From NCBI GenBank assembly GCA_004764695.1, contig SMSO01000035.1, positions 372,001-436,000 on the forward strand: a DNA stretch of 64,000 nucleotides, given 5' to 3'. This DNA comes from Schizochytrium sp. TIO01. Its lineage: Eukaryota > Protista > Bigyra: Labyrinthulomycetes. Below the pieces are notes generated by a model that was not told the origin of the DNA, ran no database searches, and worked only from the letters and a program-made list of their open reading frames with translations. The first letter of the stretch is position 1. Each line of letters begins with the position of its first letter. Of the stretch, positions 32,784 to 46,446 are shown piece by piece. The position numbers and the translations under genes are program-made.

Positions 32784-35316
32784 CTATTTATGTATCTATC
32801 TATGTATGTATCTCAAGGGCCGCTTGACCGTAGGAATGGATGGAATGGAATGTGTTCTTGTGCTGCGCTCTTGCAAAGCCTGCCTTCGCCAGCACGTCCT
32901 TCGAGGCTTTCGTCGAGTGAGTTCTTCCGCTTTCCAGGCCGGCCTCAGCTGCACGCCAGCGATTTTCCTCCAACGTGCAGCCATCGCCACTCGCTTTGTC
33001 TGCGACCACGACCACTTCGAAGGCATCATATCATCAATTCTCCTTCTTCAGCCATAGCATTCATTGGATTCGAATTGATCGAGACAATCTGTGCCTATCC
33101 ATCTAGGCGACTCTACAAGGCACTATTAGAGTTATCAATGGTGGTAATAATAAGACCTAAAGTCAACTTTCATTACTTTTTTTTTTTTTTACTTTTTTTT
33201 TAAATTCAAAAAATATTTATGTAAAATTCCTATTAGTTTAGATTAAAAAGTACTTTCGACTGAAATTATTGTATTACTTCGTATTATTATCTTAGCAATT
33301 TAATGTCAATGTCAAAGTTGGTGTATGCTTATTTGACTCGATTTTATTTTTCGAAATAAAAAACAAAATAAACATTAGAGGAAAGAAACTTGAACGAAAA
33401 AATAAAAAAGGAGTTAAAAAAAGTGAAAAGCGGAGAAGGAGAAAAAAAAAGAGTGGGTTCAACGTCAGCGTATCACGGGATCACAAACAGAGATTAGACC
33501 TCGTCCAACAGTTGCAGAAGCACACTTTCTTTTATTTATGTATTTACAAAGTATCCCTGAGAGGGGCGAAGGAAAAGAAAACAAGAACAAAGTATCAACA
33601 CTTGAAAGACGCGATTACAAATATATACAAATGGACTACAAAGAAACTGCGTTATTACTTTCATTTATTTTATATAAAACGATTGACTCAGACTGAGGTT
33701 TTCTTTTAATCTAAAAAAGTGCCTTCTATGTATTTATCATTTTATTAGTATTTCTTTAAAGTGAAAGAAAGAGTAACAGCAGTATACTGACGCACGCCCG
33801 ATTTGGAGCACACAGAACGCGGACCGCTTCAAAAGAAACAACTATTCGAGAAAACTGCTTCAGGCACCTTGATTTTCAAGCTCTGGAGGTAAACCGCTCA
33901 TTTTTTGGTTTGAACATAGCGATTCCGTGTCCTTATCTTAACGTGAATAACTATAACTTCTTTGTCATTATCCACGAACGGCAAAAAACATTTCCCACGA
34001 AAAAAAAATGTTTTAAAATTTAATAAATCAAATCAAATGAAATGAAAAGACGCTAGAAAGAAAGAGAGAAAGAGAGAAAGAAAAAAGTTGTAAGAACCCA
34101 AGAACACTTATACTTGCCTTATACTTGCACTACTTGTGCAGCCTTTGCGACCCCTAGTTTGCTACAGGTGTCGTCTGCAAAGCTGTGGTGTACTTTTACC
34201 CACAGAGTAAAGGATCATATACATCAACTCCAGCTAGCTGCGGGTTGAGCCCTATGGTGTACCTACGAACTAAAAGTAGTAGTATCAGCACAAATCACCT
34301 CTACACTTTCTTCTCTTATTCCCTATCGGGAATGATTTTTTATTTTTTTAATTTTCTTCTCTCTCCTGTTCCCTGCTTAGGTAGGCTAGCTAGCTAGCTA
34401 CGTATAAATGAAAGGAGCCTCAAGAAACCAAACCCTCTATGAGGTGCTAGCTTGTCCCTAGGTACTATTAGGTCCGCCACTCCAAAGATTCCGAGGCTTT
34501 AGCTCTTAGAAAAATTGAAAAAGCATTATTATAACAACCACATCGATACAAGTGAGCAAAAAACCAAATAGCATCATAGGCACCTAATTCGTACCTTGTG
34601 CCTAACATGGAGAGCGCTACTGCCCTGAATTGAGGGTCGATGGACTACTTTATGTACCTTTCATAACCTCGTCTGTCGTGATAAACAAAAAAAATACCGA
34701 CACGAACGAAGAAGAACTAATTCCAGAGAAAAAATAAAGAAGGCTCAAAAGCTGAAGCTAAACTAAGATTTCTGCGATAGGTGAGCCATCTAACAGAGCG
34801 TTGAAAGATTTCAAGGAAACAGATGGATTACATCTGAAGTTTCTTCTTTCATTGCTAAAAGGATCCGCCTTTGGAGCCCAAATGAGCCCTTCTCGTGGGC
34901 GCGTACCTGGCTCCGCAGTGTGCGGGTGATGGATCTCTTTGGCTTGAGTTTGGCAACTTGTAAAACTAAACAAACAAACAAAGCTTCGATCGATTGCTGA
35001 TGCTCCACGAAGGCTTCAACGTTCATGAAGTAATCTAAGGCACTCCGCAGTTGTTCTCCTCCTCTCCTCAAAAGCCCCGTCGCCGCTGCGTAGTCTATAA
35101 AAGATTGCTTCGGACCTTGAATGGCTCGCGCCCCAAAGATCGAGCGATAGAGGTGATACCAGAGGAGTCCCGCTTTTCAAGATCGAGGTGCGCATAATCC
35201 AAATGAATCGTCGTAGTTTAGCAAACATCAATGAAAACAGCGACGAAACAATCCAACCCTCCAAAGATAAGACAAGGCTGCTTTAAAAAGAAATCGCAGC
35301 AAAGATAGCTAACACC

Positions 35317-35445
35317 TATTACTACTACTACTACTACTACTACTACTATTACTACTATTAGTAATAGTAATAGTATTAGTAATAGTATTAGTAATAGTAA
35401 TAGTAATAGTAATAGTAATATTATTATTATTAGTAGTACTACTAC
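35317..35445. repeat. Compound (TAC)n/(AGTAAT)n/(TAT)n microsatellite
   Basis: Direct reading. Confidence 0.9.
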
Positions 35446-35930
35446 AACTGTAACTAGTGCTAGCTTCTACTAATACTAACATAATAGCTGTAACCACGGC
35501 TAGCTTCTACTAATACTACTGCAGTGCTAGTGATAACTAGCAAGCTTATAGCGGCGGTGCGTACATCGCGAAACACCTGAAGTTTTCCCTTTTGCCAAGA
35601 ACGGAGCAGTGGCGAAGAAGGCGGCCTCAGCAGAGAGACTCAGGTTCGTGCCTCCCAAACTGAGCTCGGGCAGGGCGGCTGCTTTGTTATTTCTTATACG
35701 CTCCAGTCGGGGCGCCTTGTCTGCGAGCAGCTGAGTGCCGGGCGCGCTTATACGTGGGCAAGACGTGCGGTGAGCTTTGTTGGAAAAGCAAACATTTGGA
35801 ATCGCCCCTACCTGCCTACCGTAGATACTCTAGCTAGCTAGTGGGCGTTTCGGTTTTGTCTTTTATCTTTTAGTTTTTTTTAATTTAATTGTAAGAAATG
35901 ATTGAAGTAAAAAAATATTATTACGATTGA

Positions 35931-36014
35931 GAACGAACGAACGAATGAACGAATGAACGAATGAATGAACGAATGAATGAATGAATGAATGAATGAATGA
36001 ATGAATGAATGAAT
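35931..36014. repeat. (GAAC)n/(GAAT)n tetranucleotide repeat
   Basis: Direct reading. Confidence 0.92.
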
Positions 36015-37804
36015 GGCAAGTTTAATGCGCGAGGAACTGGCTTTAGATCAAGATCCACTTTCGCTCACAATTTACCTTCGAACTGCAGTTGATCGAGAAC
36101 GCGGGGCCAGTGCTTGGAAAAAGCAAACAAAAAAGCTGCCTTCATATTCATCAATAAATTAAACATTCGCTCCAGTCTCTGTTGAGAGGTACAGTTTCGC
36201 GCAATGAAATGGTTGGGGAAAGCGCGATCTTGAAATTTTGCAGCTGGCTACCTGGTTCTCAAAATTCGCCTGCCGCTATCTCGTTACAGTTTGCTTGAAA
36301 CTTTGCGCCGAGCCTTTCCACACTCTTCACGCCACATGGATATATTTATAATTTTCATTCACCGCCATCGCCTTTCGCTGTGGCCTCAGATCTGCAGCTC
36401 TTCGAATCCCACGAACCTTTAATCAATCAACCAATCAATCACGATTTAGAAAAGCAGTATCTGCCCAGCCTGGATCTAGATACCTGAATCAGTGGTTACG
36501 AATTTCCATTCATTTTTTTATAACGTCATTTTCACTCTAAACCGATCACGCGTTCAAAAGCTTCGCGACTTTGCGAACATTCGCGAGCATTGTAAATTTA
36601 GAACACATCAAGGGCTAGCTTAAAGCGATGCTTAGTTTACTTTCGTACTAGCTTGAAGGACGGCCTTGCGCTCGACGTGACAAATTCCTGGATATATCTT
36701 CTATGAACTTGCAGGCGATTCTTTCGCTTGCCTTATAGAGATTCTCCTCGTCCAGCTTATTTGCAAAGGACATGGATAACCAAAGCAATTCGCAGTAATT
36801 TGTCAGAGGCCATTCCTAAAAAAGCCTTTTATTCTCTTTGGGTAGGTAGGTCTAAATAAGTAAACGAACAAATAAATAAACCCAGTAGTTTTGATCGACC
36901 GTTGCGCACAACTCCAAACACTACAGTCGCTTGGAAATCTGCCTATGGTTATCATTCGCGTTCTTTCTTCATTTTTTGTGCTCTAGTTTCCACTTTGAGT
37001 TTACATTCCTGTCTCCGGAGCCTGCTTCGTGAACTCACGAGCCCGCGCCCATGCGGTAATTGTCCTGTTTTGTATATTCCTCTCCCGCGGCTCTGAGAGA
37101 GCTTCAAGAATGCAATGAAGAGCGCGACGACTGTACCTGCAGAGGTTAATTTCATTTTAAAATTTAGAATTAACTATTTTTTAATCAAAATTAATTTTAA
37201 AATAAAATAAAACAACAGCAAACAAGAAGAGAGAAGGGAGTAACCCAAAAAAAAAGGAATGGCCGTTCGAACGCCATCCAAAAAGTCAGCTTGACCTACC
37301 CATTCGGATGCGGAATGCGTAGGTAGGTAGGCGTTAAATAAAACCACCTGCCTATTGGCGCTATTCTTGCGCCGCTTCGTGAAGCCACCTGTCGTCAGAT
37401 GGGTCTTTTGCACTTTGAAGTTCCCAATCCCTTTGTTGGTCCCTACTCAAGAACACAGGTCAGGAATGGTAACCCCTACCTACTTGTTGTAGTTGTTGTC
37501 GCTGTTGTTGTTGCTGTTATTGTTCTTTTTGGAATACCAGGTACTCAGTAGCCTTTTTATTTTATTTTCAGTTGTTGATTTTACAATTAAAAATAAGTTC
37601 TTTGAAACTATTATTAGATAAACTTTTATCATTAAATAAGTCTTATCTCCATTTCGAGGTTCCTATGAAGAAGAAGAGAAAACGCAAAAGAAGAAGAAGA
37701 AGAAGGAAAAACAAGGCTGGTTGAACCACTGATTTTTCATTAATTATTATTATTATTTTTTGTTTGTTTGCAAAAGCACCTTTGCACCTTTGCACCTTTG
37801 CAAC

Positions 37805-37852
<48 letters not shown>

Positions 37853-37854
37853 AA

Positions 37855-37888
<34 letters not shown>
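37805..37888. repeat. (GCAA)n tetranucleotide repeat
   Basis: Direct reading; preceded by short GCACCTTT repeats. Confidence 0.92.
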
Positions 37889-40800
37889 AAAGAAAGAACA
37901 AACAAACATATACAAACGCGACAACAACAAAAAGCACACTGGCCAAAGCTACCTCGAACCGAACCGACCGGAGGGAAGGAGAGAAAGCACCCGGAGTTTA
38001 TGTACTCATTACCCAGCCATCTAACCAGGTATCCTCTCAAAGTTCACGTCCAGCGAGATCCTCTTCGAACCGTTTGTATTAAGGAAAGTGTGCGCCGCGT
38101 CGCTGTGGGAGGAGAGACAAAGCTACAGCTTTTGCAGCCAGTACTCCTGGAAGCACTTAGCTTCTCCCAGCACCGGATGTGGAAAGCTACCAGCTTTGCT
38201 TGGGAGGGTCTCGAGGCGACCTAGGTTCTTTCGACCTAGTGCCACCTTGGGCAGGCCTGGGCTGCCTCGAGCGCAGACTCTCTCTCTGTATCTCTGTTTT
38301 ACTCGGGAACAGCGCTCTTTTCTTCAGACCACGCTGCGATTGGAGACCTTCTCAGCGTCAGCCTCGGCCACCGCCTTTCTCACCTCTCGAGGCGACACAG
38401 AATAGCGCATTCCTTCTGCGTCTGCGGAGCAGCACTCGGCAAACTGCCTGGCCACCATCCACATGCAATTGGCAATTGCAATTGCAATTGCAATTACACG
38501 CACTTGCGAACATGCGATGGCGATTGCAATTCATTTGGGAGTTTGGGCGGTCGGTCACATGTGCCACCAACTTCGGGGAGCGACGCGGCTGTGTCGGCAG
38601 GGAGATGAATGATGGCTGTAGCTCGCAGAGGAGGGTCTGTGCAAACGCTTTATGCTCACTTCCCTGGGGTATTGGACGACGCTTGCTCGATCTTGGGGAC
38701 GTGTTTGCTTGTGATTCCTGCTCGAGGAGACCTGAAATACACAAATCAGCGTGTGCGGCGGCATCAAGTTTTTTTGTATTTTCAACGGTTCTCAGAGACC
38801 CTTGGCTTGTCACCACTTGTGTAATCTTCGAGAGGCATGCTCGGGGAGGAAGCTGGAAATAGAGGTATCGCAACAACAAGGAGAAGAAGAAGAAAAGTTG
38901 TGCTTCGCAGTTGAACTGCACTCGAAGAACGACAGGCAATTTATTGACCCTCTGAACTTATGATTGTTTATCTATTTAGTTATTTGTTTATCTATGATTT
39001 GTTGAAATATTGAAATTAAAAAAATAGAAAGATAAAAAGTGAGATTAAAAAAAAGGAGTTGCAAGATGGAGAAAATCTGGATGAATATTTGCAGTGCCAG
39101 TGTTGCACAGAATAGTCAGTTTGAGAGAAAGCGCAACCTTGGCGAGACCCCTTTTGCAAGATTATACTCGATCATCCTCACCAGCATCCGCACTGGCTTC
39201 TAATCGCAAGGGAAGCAGGATTTGAGCGTCATATTGCAGTCATGGTGTTGCTGTCGCTCGTCACGAAATCCTTCTGATGACTACGTGCGAAGATTGGTAA
39301 TTGAAAGTTGAAATCATTATGCATTTCAACATATCAGACGTCATGTGACGGTTCGGGCAAGTCTAGTTATTTGAAGAGCAGGACAAGATTTGAAGATCTG
39401 TAAATTGTTAAATGAGCAAACTGTGTATGGCATTACAGTGGAACAAAGTACAGAATGGAGAATGATTGGGCCGTAGTTCTTCTTTCAAACAAGACGAGGA
39501 CCAATGATTTGAAACTTAAAGGTTCTGGAAATTTGCGAATTTATCTCTCTCTCTTTCTAAAGTATCCATCCCTCAAAATTTTGAAATGGCTCAAGAACAC
39601 AGATTTAGGACATGGTCCGAAAGAAACATGAGGTTGTAACGACCGATACTGGAATTTTGTAGACGTCCCTTGTGGCGTTTGCAAATGTGTGCTTCCTTGA
39701 GCGTTAGTTAGGTAATAGTAGTAAGTCGATCCGCAAGATTTAACAAGAACCCACCCTAAATTCAATTTTAAACGAAATCATGCCTTTCCTTTGTGTTTCT
39801 CTTGCAACCTTTGCCACTGTAAATTCTTACTTATTTTACTTTTACACTTGCTCTTAATTGATTCAATTGCGTTTGTGTTTCTCTTTCTATTATTGAATTT
39901 AATTGAAGGTGTAGATTTCTTAAAACTTTTCTAGTCTTGCATTTGTTTGTCTACCCCCAAGATCTATATGTTTTTTCTTTGAAAGTTAGTAGAAACATTC
40001 ATACGTAGGAATAACTCTTGACTGGTGCGAGTCTTCTGGTCATGAGTAATTGATTTGTTATTCTAACTGGATAGCTAGTAGACGCTTTTTCCAAATCACA
40101 TCAGGCGGAAGTGTCGCACCATTCGCCTTGTTTGAGATAAGCAATGGCTTTTGAGTAGAAAGAAAGATGTGCAATTAGTCAGGATGTGGGGATAAATGTA
40201 TCTTGAGTACTTTCAACGCTAAACTGTTTGAGAGTAAAACCCAAAGTACTATATTAATTAAAAAACAATTTTAAAAAAACAATGAGACAGGCTACTTGAA
40301 CTTGAGAAGATAAGCAAAGAAAAATGCTTTTCTAAAAGAAATATACTACTTTCAAAACAAGAGATGATGAATTTGACCAGACTAAAATTGATGCAAGAGA
40401 GCGCCGTGACTTACCTACCTCCTCGTCAGCTCCAGACATTAGGAGTTCATAATCAGCCCTCCGCCCATTTGCTGCATAAAGCTTCCCAAGACAAGCTGAA
40501 ACTTTTCTAGACATCAGTCAGGCATTCGGAAAAAAGCTCCAACCGAAGTCTGGTCGCAAGGGAAGCGTTTCCCACATGCGTAATGATTGCTGCCTGCCCG
40601 AGTGACTAAGGCACGTGCTTCTGAAGTTCGCTCGCCTAAGCGACGCAGGATTCCTCAACGCAAAGAATTTGCTCTCCAGCCATTTAATTTATCAATCAGC
40701 AGCATAACACTCAAGCAGTTCCCACATCCAAGTTGGCTTCTCTAGACGCTTCTCAAAAGAGCCTGGTGAGCGCACCTGCAAATCCGCATACAATCTATAC

Positions 40801-41124
40801 ACATTCGCGTGTATTTGGCGGGCGGGCCAACTGGAGTGTACACCTTAATCTGGCTAGTTACCGGCGCCAAAGCAGACAGAATCCACACGGCGTGAAGGCT
40901 GGCGAGTTCGTTGCTTCTTAGACAACAAAGCTCCTCTGGTCCGCTCTGCGCTCCAATGTATGCTCCAATGTACGGGTTAAACAACCAACAAAGAAAAAGG
41001 TGTGCTGTCTCCAGGTCCTTTCTGTACTTTCTGAGCTGTTCAAGCAGTCTCAGGAGTGTATCGATGAAACTCTTGCGAACGCCTTCTGTGGTTTCTGAGC
41101 TTGCCAACCAAGCCTTTGGAGGCC

Positions 41125-41172
41125 GGCAACCTTTGTGGCAACCTTTGTGGCAACCTTTGTGGCAACCTTTGT
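41125..41172. repeat. 12-bp minisatellite (GGCAACCTTTGT)x4
   Basis: Four perfect copies read directly. Confidence 0.92.
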
Positions 41173-41928
41173 GCTCCTCGCTGGCCTTCTGGCTGCGAGG
41201 CGCCACGTGTTTGCGGGAAACCTACCTCTCGAGGTCGTCGTTCTTCTGGGGCCTGGCCTGAGTCGAGCCAAGGGCAGCCACGGCAGCAGGCCGACCAAGA
41301 GTTGACAGACCAAGCCAGCCAGCCAGCCTGCAGCCACCCACTTCTCTCCTCTCCTCGACCGTCCTAATCGCTCGCTCTCTCGCTCGATCGGTTCTGATGT
41401 CCCTCTCGCTCAAGACGCGCTCAAGACGGCGCATCTCCACGAGCGCTCGAGATAGATTGATTATCCATCCTTCGAGCGCCTGCACACGCGAGCGCCTGCC
41501 TGTTCAGGATCCAGTCTGCTTTGAGCGGCAGCTTTCACAGTCCCAACACTGTGGGAATCACCTAAAAGCCCCACCCCTCTGCAGAGAAGCCTATAGCTGT
41601 AATGCTGGAGCAGAACAGTTCTGTTCTGGCATACTGTAACTCGGGGTCGCTCGCAGCTGCGAGAGCTTGGGCGTGTTGCTGGCGTCGCTCGCTCGCTTGC
41701 TTACTTGCTTGATTGCTTGATTGCTTTCTCTGGCCCTTGGGTGTTTGTGCTCGTCTTCTTTGGCTTTGGAATGGGGAAGGGGTCGGGGTGGTGTCTGCTG
41801 CTTGCTCGCGAGAGTATCTTCTACACGGTGTTCTTGCTCTCACGCCGGGCGTCGCAAAAATTGTGTGGCGATGTTTTGTGATGTGTTACTACTGCAGATG
41901 TGTCTGTTCTTCTCCACAGACGCGCCTC

Positions 41929-41974
41929 TTTTTTTTTTTTTTTTTTTTTTTTTCTCCTTCCCCCCCCCCCCCCC
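41929..41974. repeat. Adjacent poly-T and poly-C homopolymers
   Basis: T run at 41929-41953 followed by C run at 41960-41974. Confidence 0.9.
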
Positions 41975-44235
41975 TTTTCCCCCTTAATCTTTCTTCTCCC
42001 TTTCCTCTCTATTCGAGCACTCTCTGCTCTTGAGCGACGTTGGTGAAAGCATTGGAAGTATTATTTTCTTTCATTTTCAGTTAACGTTTTCAGAGAAGAG
42101 GAGACATGTTCAATTATCTTTTTAGTTTAATTGCTGTTTTTGAGAGAGAGTAATACGAAACACCCATGCAGTAGTAGAACAGGAAAAGAGTGACAGAGCG
42201 GCATTAAAAGTGAATTTCCTAGAGAATCACGCCGCTCAGGGTGGCAACAGCGTGCGTTCTTCCCACTCTCATTGAGTCACATGTGGCGGATTGATTCGCC
42301 CTCGACCTCAGTTGCTTACATATACACAACAATGTTCTTCTGCAAGTCGGAAGAAATAAAATAAATTAATATAGAATTCAACAGAATACAATAGAATACA
42401 ATACAGTAGAATATAACAGAATAAAATAAAATAATATAATATAAATTGAAATGAAATGATTAACAGCCGCAGTCATCCACTTCACAGCGCTTTTCTTTCT
42501 GCTCCTAACGCCTGTCAATCCCCTGCGCTGTTCCTCTGGCGGCAGAGAAGCAAGCGGCGATCTCGCATACTCAACTCGAAACGTTCCTTTGCAGTGCCTT
42601 CAGCTCTCCGCTGCGAAAGAAAGAAACCGAAGTTAGAGCGATCGCAACCCAGTCTATTTCATCCATTACTTATTATCAAAAAAGAGAAAAACAAAGAGAA
42701 AAAACAAAGAGAAAATAAAAAAACTGTGAAGAAGAATAGATAGTGAGTCCCCTCCAAACTTAGCCACCACAACTCGCTCCTCTTTCTTTGCATCGCGATC
42801 GATTACGCCTTCGTTAATCCCCGGCAATTATTACATCCTAATGTCCTATTTACCCACCTACCCATCCATCCATCTACCTACAAAGAAAACCACTTCGAAG
42901 CACAAAACTAAACTAAAACTCCTTCTTTTGGTTTCGATTTTGTTTTATAAAATAAAATGTTACCTCCTCTGAAAATAAACAAAGAAAGAATGAGTCGATA
43001 ACAACAACAACTTGACTAGTCCCTCGCATTTATTCGTTCCTATTGACGACGCCTTCGCTGCCTGCCTGTCGCGGTCTCAGCGCCACCGACCCGCTTCCAG
43101 CTTTCGCCGCCCAGGCCTGCCCCGAGGGCCTGCTGGCCGCCTCCGCTGTCCCTCTCGTTCTCGTAGACGTCCTCGCCGTCGCTCTCGCCGTCGCTCTTGC
43201 CGTCGTTCGCGCCCTTCATCACGGGTGGGCGCAAGCAAGAAAGAAAGAAAGCACAGATATGAGGAAAGAAAGTCTCAAAGACAGCGACGGTAAATAAGTA
43301 AGTAAGTAAGTAGGTAAGAGGGCACCTTATCGCTAAAGCGCGCATAGGGTCCTATAGCGTCGTTTGCCACAGACGTAACTCCCGGCGCATTCAGCTTTTC
43401 GCCTCCTCAGTATAAGGCCGCCTTAAAAGCCGCTGTTACGAGCGAAGTGGGGTCTCTGTATGCGCTGGAGAAGGCCACGGACGTAGGTTTGTGCGTGCGA
43501 AGGAACGAATGAATACGCACATACTTACGTACATGCGAGTGAGTGAATACATAAAAGAATGAATGAAAATGAATGAATGAATTTATGCATATGGTATGTA
43601 TGTATGCATGTATTTGACGGTACGTGCGGAGGTATCAAGGGTAGCTTTGCAATAGTGGTAGTAGTAGTGGTACTAGGCATGCTATCGTGTCCTAGTAGAG
43701 AACTACACATGTTAGGTAGATAATTTTTTAGTGGTGGAAGTGGAATGTTTAATTAATTGGCTGTGGGATTCCTTTTACTCCGAGCGTTTCGAGTTTGAGC
43801 TTCCGAGTTCTTCTTATACCTTTGATACCTCATGATATCTACTTATGTAACTACCTACCTAGGTAGAAAGGTATGCCTCATCATTCATTCGTAATCTCAT
43901 TGCTCCTTTGCATTCTTATTTTAAGATTAACTTTTTAAATTATCGATTTCACTCCTCTCTTTCTCAATCTGAAGACGGTGAGTGAAAAAGTACAGCGACG
44001 CCATTTTCGCCAAACTAAGCCTCGTGACTCCGTTTGGGAGAGTAAGGAAAGCGTCACGTACTGCCCTGCCTCCTTCTTTCTTTCTTTCTCTCTCTTCTTT
44101 CGCGGTGGCTCGCTTGGTCCTTCAGGGGAGTGCGCGGTTGTTTCGCAGAGCTCAGATGTTTAGGTTTGGACAGTATGAAAAAAGAATTTATTAAATTTCA
44201 ATCTTTGAGGGAAATGAATCAACAACATTTAGTTT

Positions 44236-44281
<46 letters not shown>

Positions 44282-45736
44282 TAATTAATTAAATTAAACT
44301 AAAAAAGCCTTGCTCTAAAATCAGAATGCGAAAGAGCCTGTAAATATGAATGCATGAAAAAGAGAAAAGAAGAAAGAAGGTGCACAGCTAGGCTTAATTA
44401 ATGTGGGTAAAATTTCAAGATGGCAGATGAAAGAGGACAAACGAAACCAAAAAAGGGGAATCCGCGGAGCACAAGGATCGTTCGGCGTGAGCGAGCGAAA
44501 TGAAAGAAAAAGACAAAGAAAAAGAAGGAGGTGGAAAACTTAAATTTTAGCCATGAGAAGCTAAGCTTTCAAAGTGAGAGCGTATCTCCGGTCTCTTGCT
44601 ATTACTTTAATTAAAAAAATAAAAATCATAAAAAAGCCAAGGTAAAAAAACAAACAAAAGCAAACTCCGCCTCCAATCGAAATGGAGAAGCGGGCTTGAG
44701 TGCAGCTCGACGGCATTCGCTTTCACGTTCTAAGCGCACTAACAGCTCCATTTCATGCCTCGCGTTGTTTCCTCCCCAGGCCCAAGCTGAGCAGGACTTG
44801 CTTCTTGCTTGGTTCACCTCAAAGAGGCTCGAAGAGAAGAGGTGAAACAATCCTCCCTCCATATATTGAAATTGTACCTACCTTCAGATACTACTAGTGC
44901 AGGCAGCTTTAGTTTTCACTTATAGCGCACTGGTGGCTTTCTAAAATTTGTGTTCCAAGTGCTGTAAACCCGTTCTTCTTCCGGAGCCCGTTCTTCTCCT
45001 CCTCGATTCTCTCACGCGCGCTTCCTGAGAACGTGCGGTGCTTCTCTGCTCTTCGGAGAGCTTTCTTTCTCTTGATTTTCGAGCTGCGAATTGATGGAGG
45101 CCGCAGGTTTCCTCGGAGCAGCACCGTCACGAGCTTTTCTTTCTTTCAGCTTCTTGCGAGGAGAGCTCTGGGCCCTAAACGGAGTGGAACCCATTGTATG
45201 TTTTCTGGACTTCTTTGTGCCTTACCTGAGCATTCATCCATCCGTCCATCCGTTCCTCCTCCTCCGTCGAAAGAGAGAAACAAAGAAAGAAACAAAGAAA
45301 GAAAGAAGGTACGTACGTACGCGCAGAATGAATGAATGAGGGAATGAATGAATGAATGCATGCATGCATTTATTCGCAGAGGCCCAATGACTGCCGTGAA
45401 GAAGAGCTTCTTGGCTTGAAAAGGGTTTCCTGCGAAGGAAGAAGCCTAAGAAAGAAAGAAAAAAAGAAAGAAAGAAAGAAGAAAAAAAGAGAGGCTTCAC
45501 TCTTTGGAACTAAAACTCACTTTTTTGGGGGAGAGGCGCTCCATTGCACATCCAACGCCAACAATTCTGGGCAAGCGACGATGACTGACTAGAGGCTGCC
45601 ATGAACGACTGGAACGAGAGTGCCTTTAGAGATCAGCGTCGAAGTTCGATGCTGCGAGGCTGCGAGGCTTGATTCTATCATGAATGTAATTCACTCACTC
45701 TTTTTATTTATTATATAGGACTCCTAAGAAACAGAA

Positions 45737-45740
<4 letters not shown>

Positions 45741-45785
<45 letters not shown>
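45741..45785. repeat. (GAAA)n microsatellite
   Basis: Direct reading. Confidence 0.9.
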
Positions 45786-45786
<1 letters not shown>

Positions 45787-46390
45787 GGGAAATCAGTGGT
45801 TTGTGGGAATAGGTGTGGATTGCCAAATACCTTGTGACTGGACCCCGCCTTTTTTGTTGTGCAAAATATTAAAACGGAGTCAACACCGTATCTGAGTGTG
45901 CAAGAGCAATAAGAAAGCGGCCAAGCCAGCAACAGCTTCGAAACAGAAACGCTCTGGTTCAACAGGGACTACAAACAGAAGAGCGCAAGTAAGTCCTGCT
46001 GCTAGTACCTCCCTCCTTTCCTTTCCTTTTCCTTTTCCTTTTCCTTTTCCTTTCCGCCGCTGACAGAGAAAGAGAGAAGAGAAGAGAAAAGAAACGAAAC
46101 GATAAGAAAATAAAAGAGAATGAAAGGGAGAGGAAAGCAATGAAAGAAACGATAACCGCATAGCGAAATTGAGATTGAGATTGAGATTATTGAGGTTGAG
46201 GTTGACGAAGCCTATTCTTCTTCTCTCCGCCGGGCGTCGATGAGTGGATGGGTGGATGGGTGGGCGGGTGGACGAGCGATTGCGGCTGCTCGCGAAGTTC
46301 CCTCTCGACCTCGGCCTGGAGCCCTGTCAGCCTCCCTTGCGACCCAAACAAACGAATGCGCTATTGAGAAAGGGGCGGAGAGCTCTAAAA

Positions 46391-46446
46391 CAATAGACAA
46401 TAGACAATAGACTATAGACAATAGACAATAGACAATAGACAATAGA
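46391..46446. repeat. (CAATAGA)n heptamer repeat
   Basis: Direct reading; one variant unit, CTATAGA. Confidence 0.9.

Noticed and set aside
39455-39640. Faint Tc1/mariner-like peptide (DWAVVLLSNKTRTN ... HGPKET*GC versus WxxVxFSDE ... HGGGSVMVWGC)
   Set aside because: Catalytic residues are absent, no TIRs or later DDE motifs are visible, and chance could explain it. It would need a tBLASTn/HMM hit.
41125-41172. Short direct-repeat arrays as CRISPR or telomeric repeats
   Set aside because: Units are contiguous with no unique spacers, there are no cas genes, the context is eukaryotic, and no TTAGGG-type arrays were seen.
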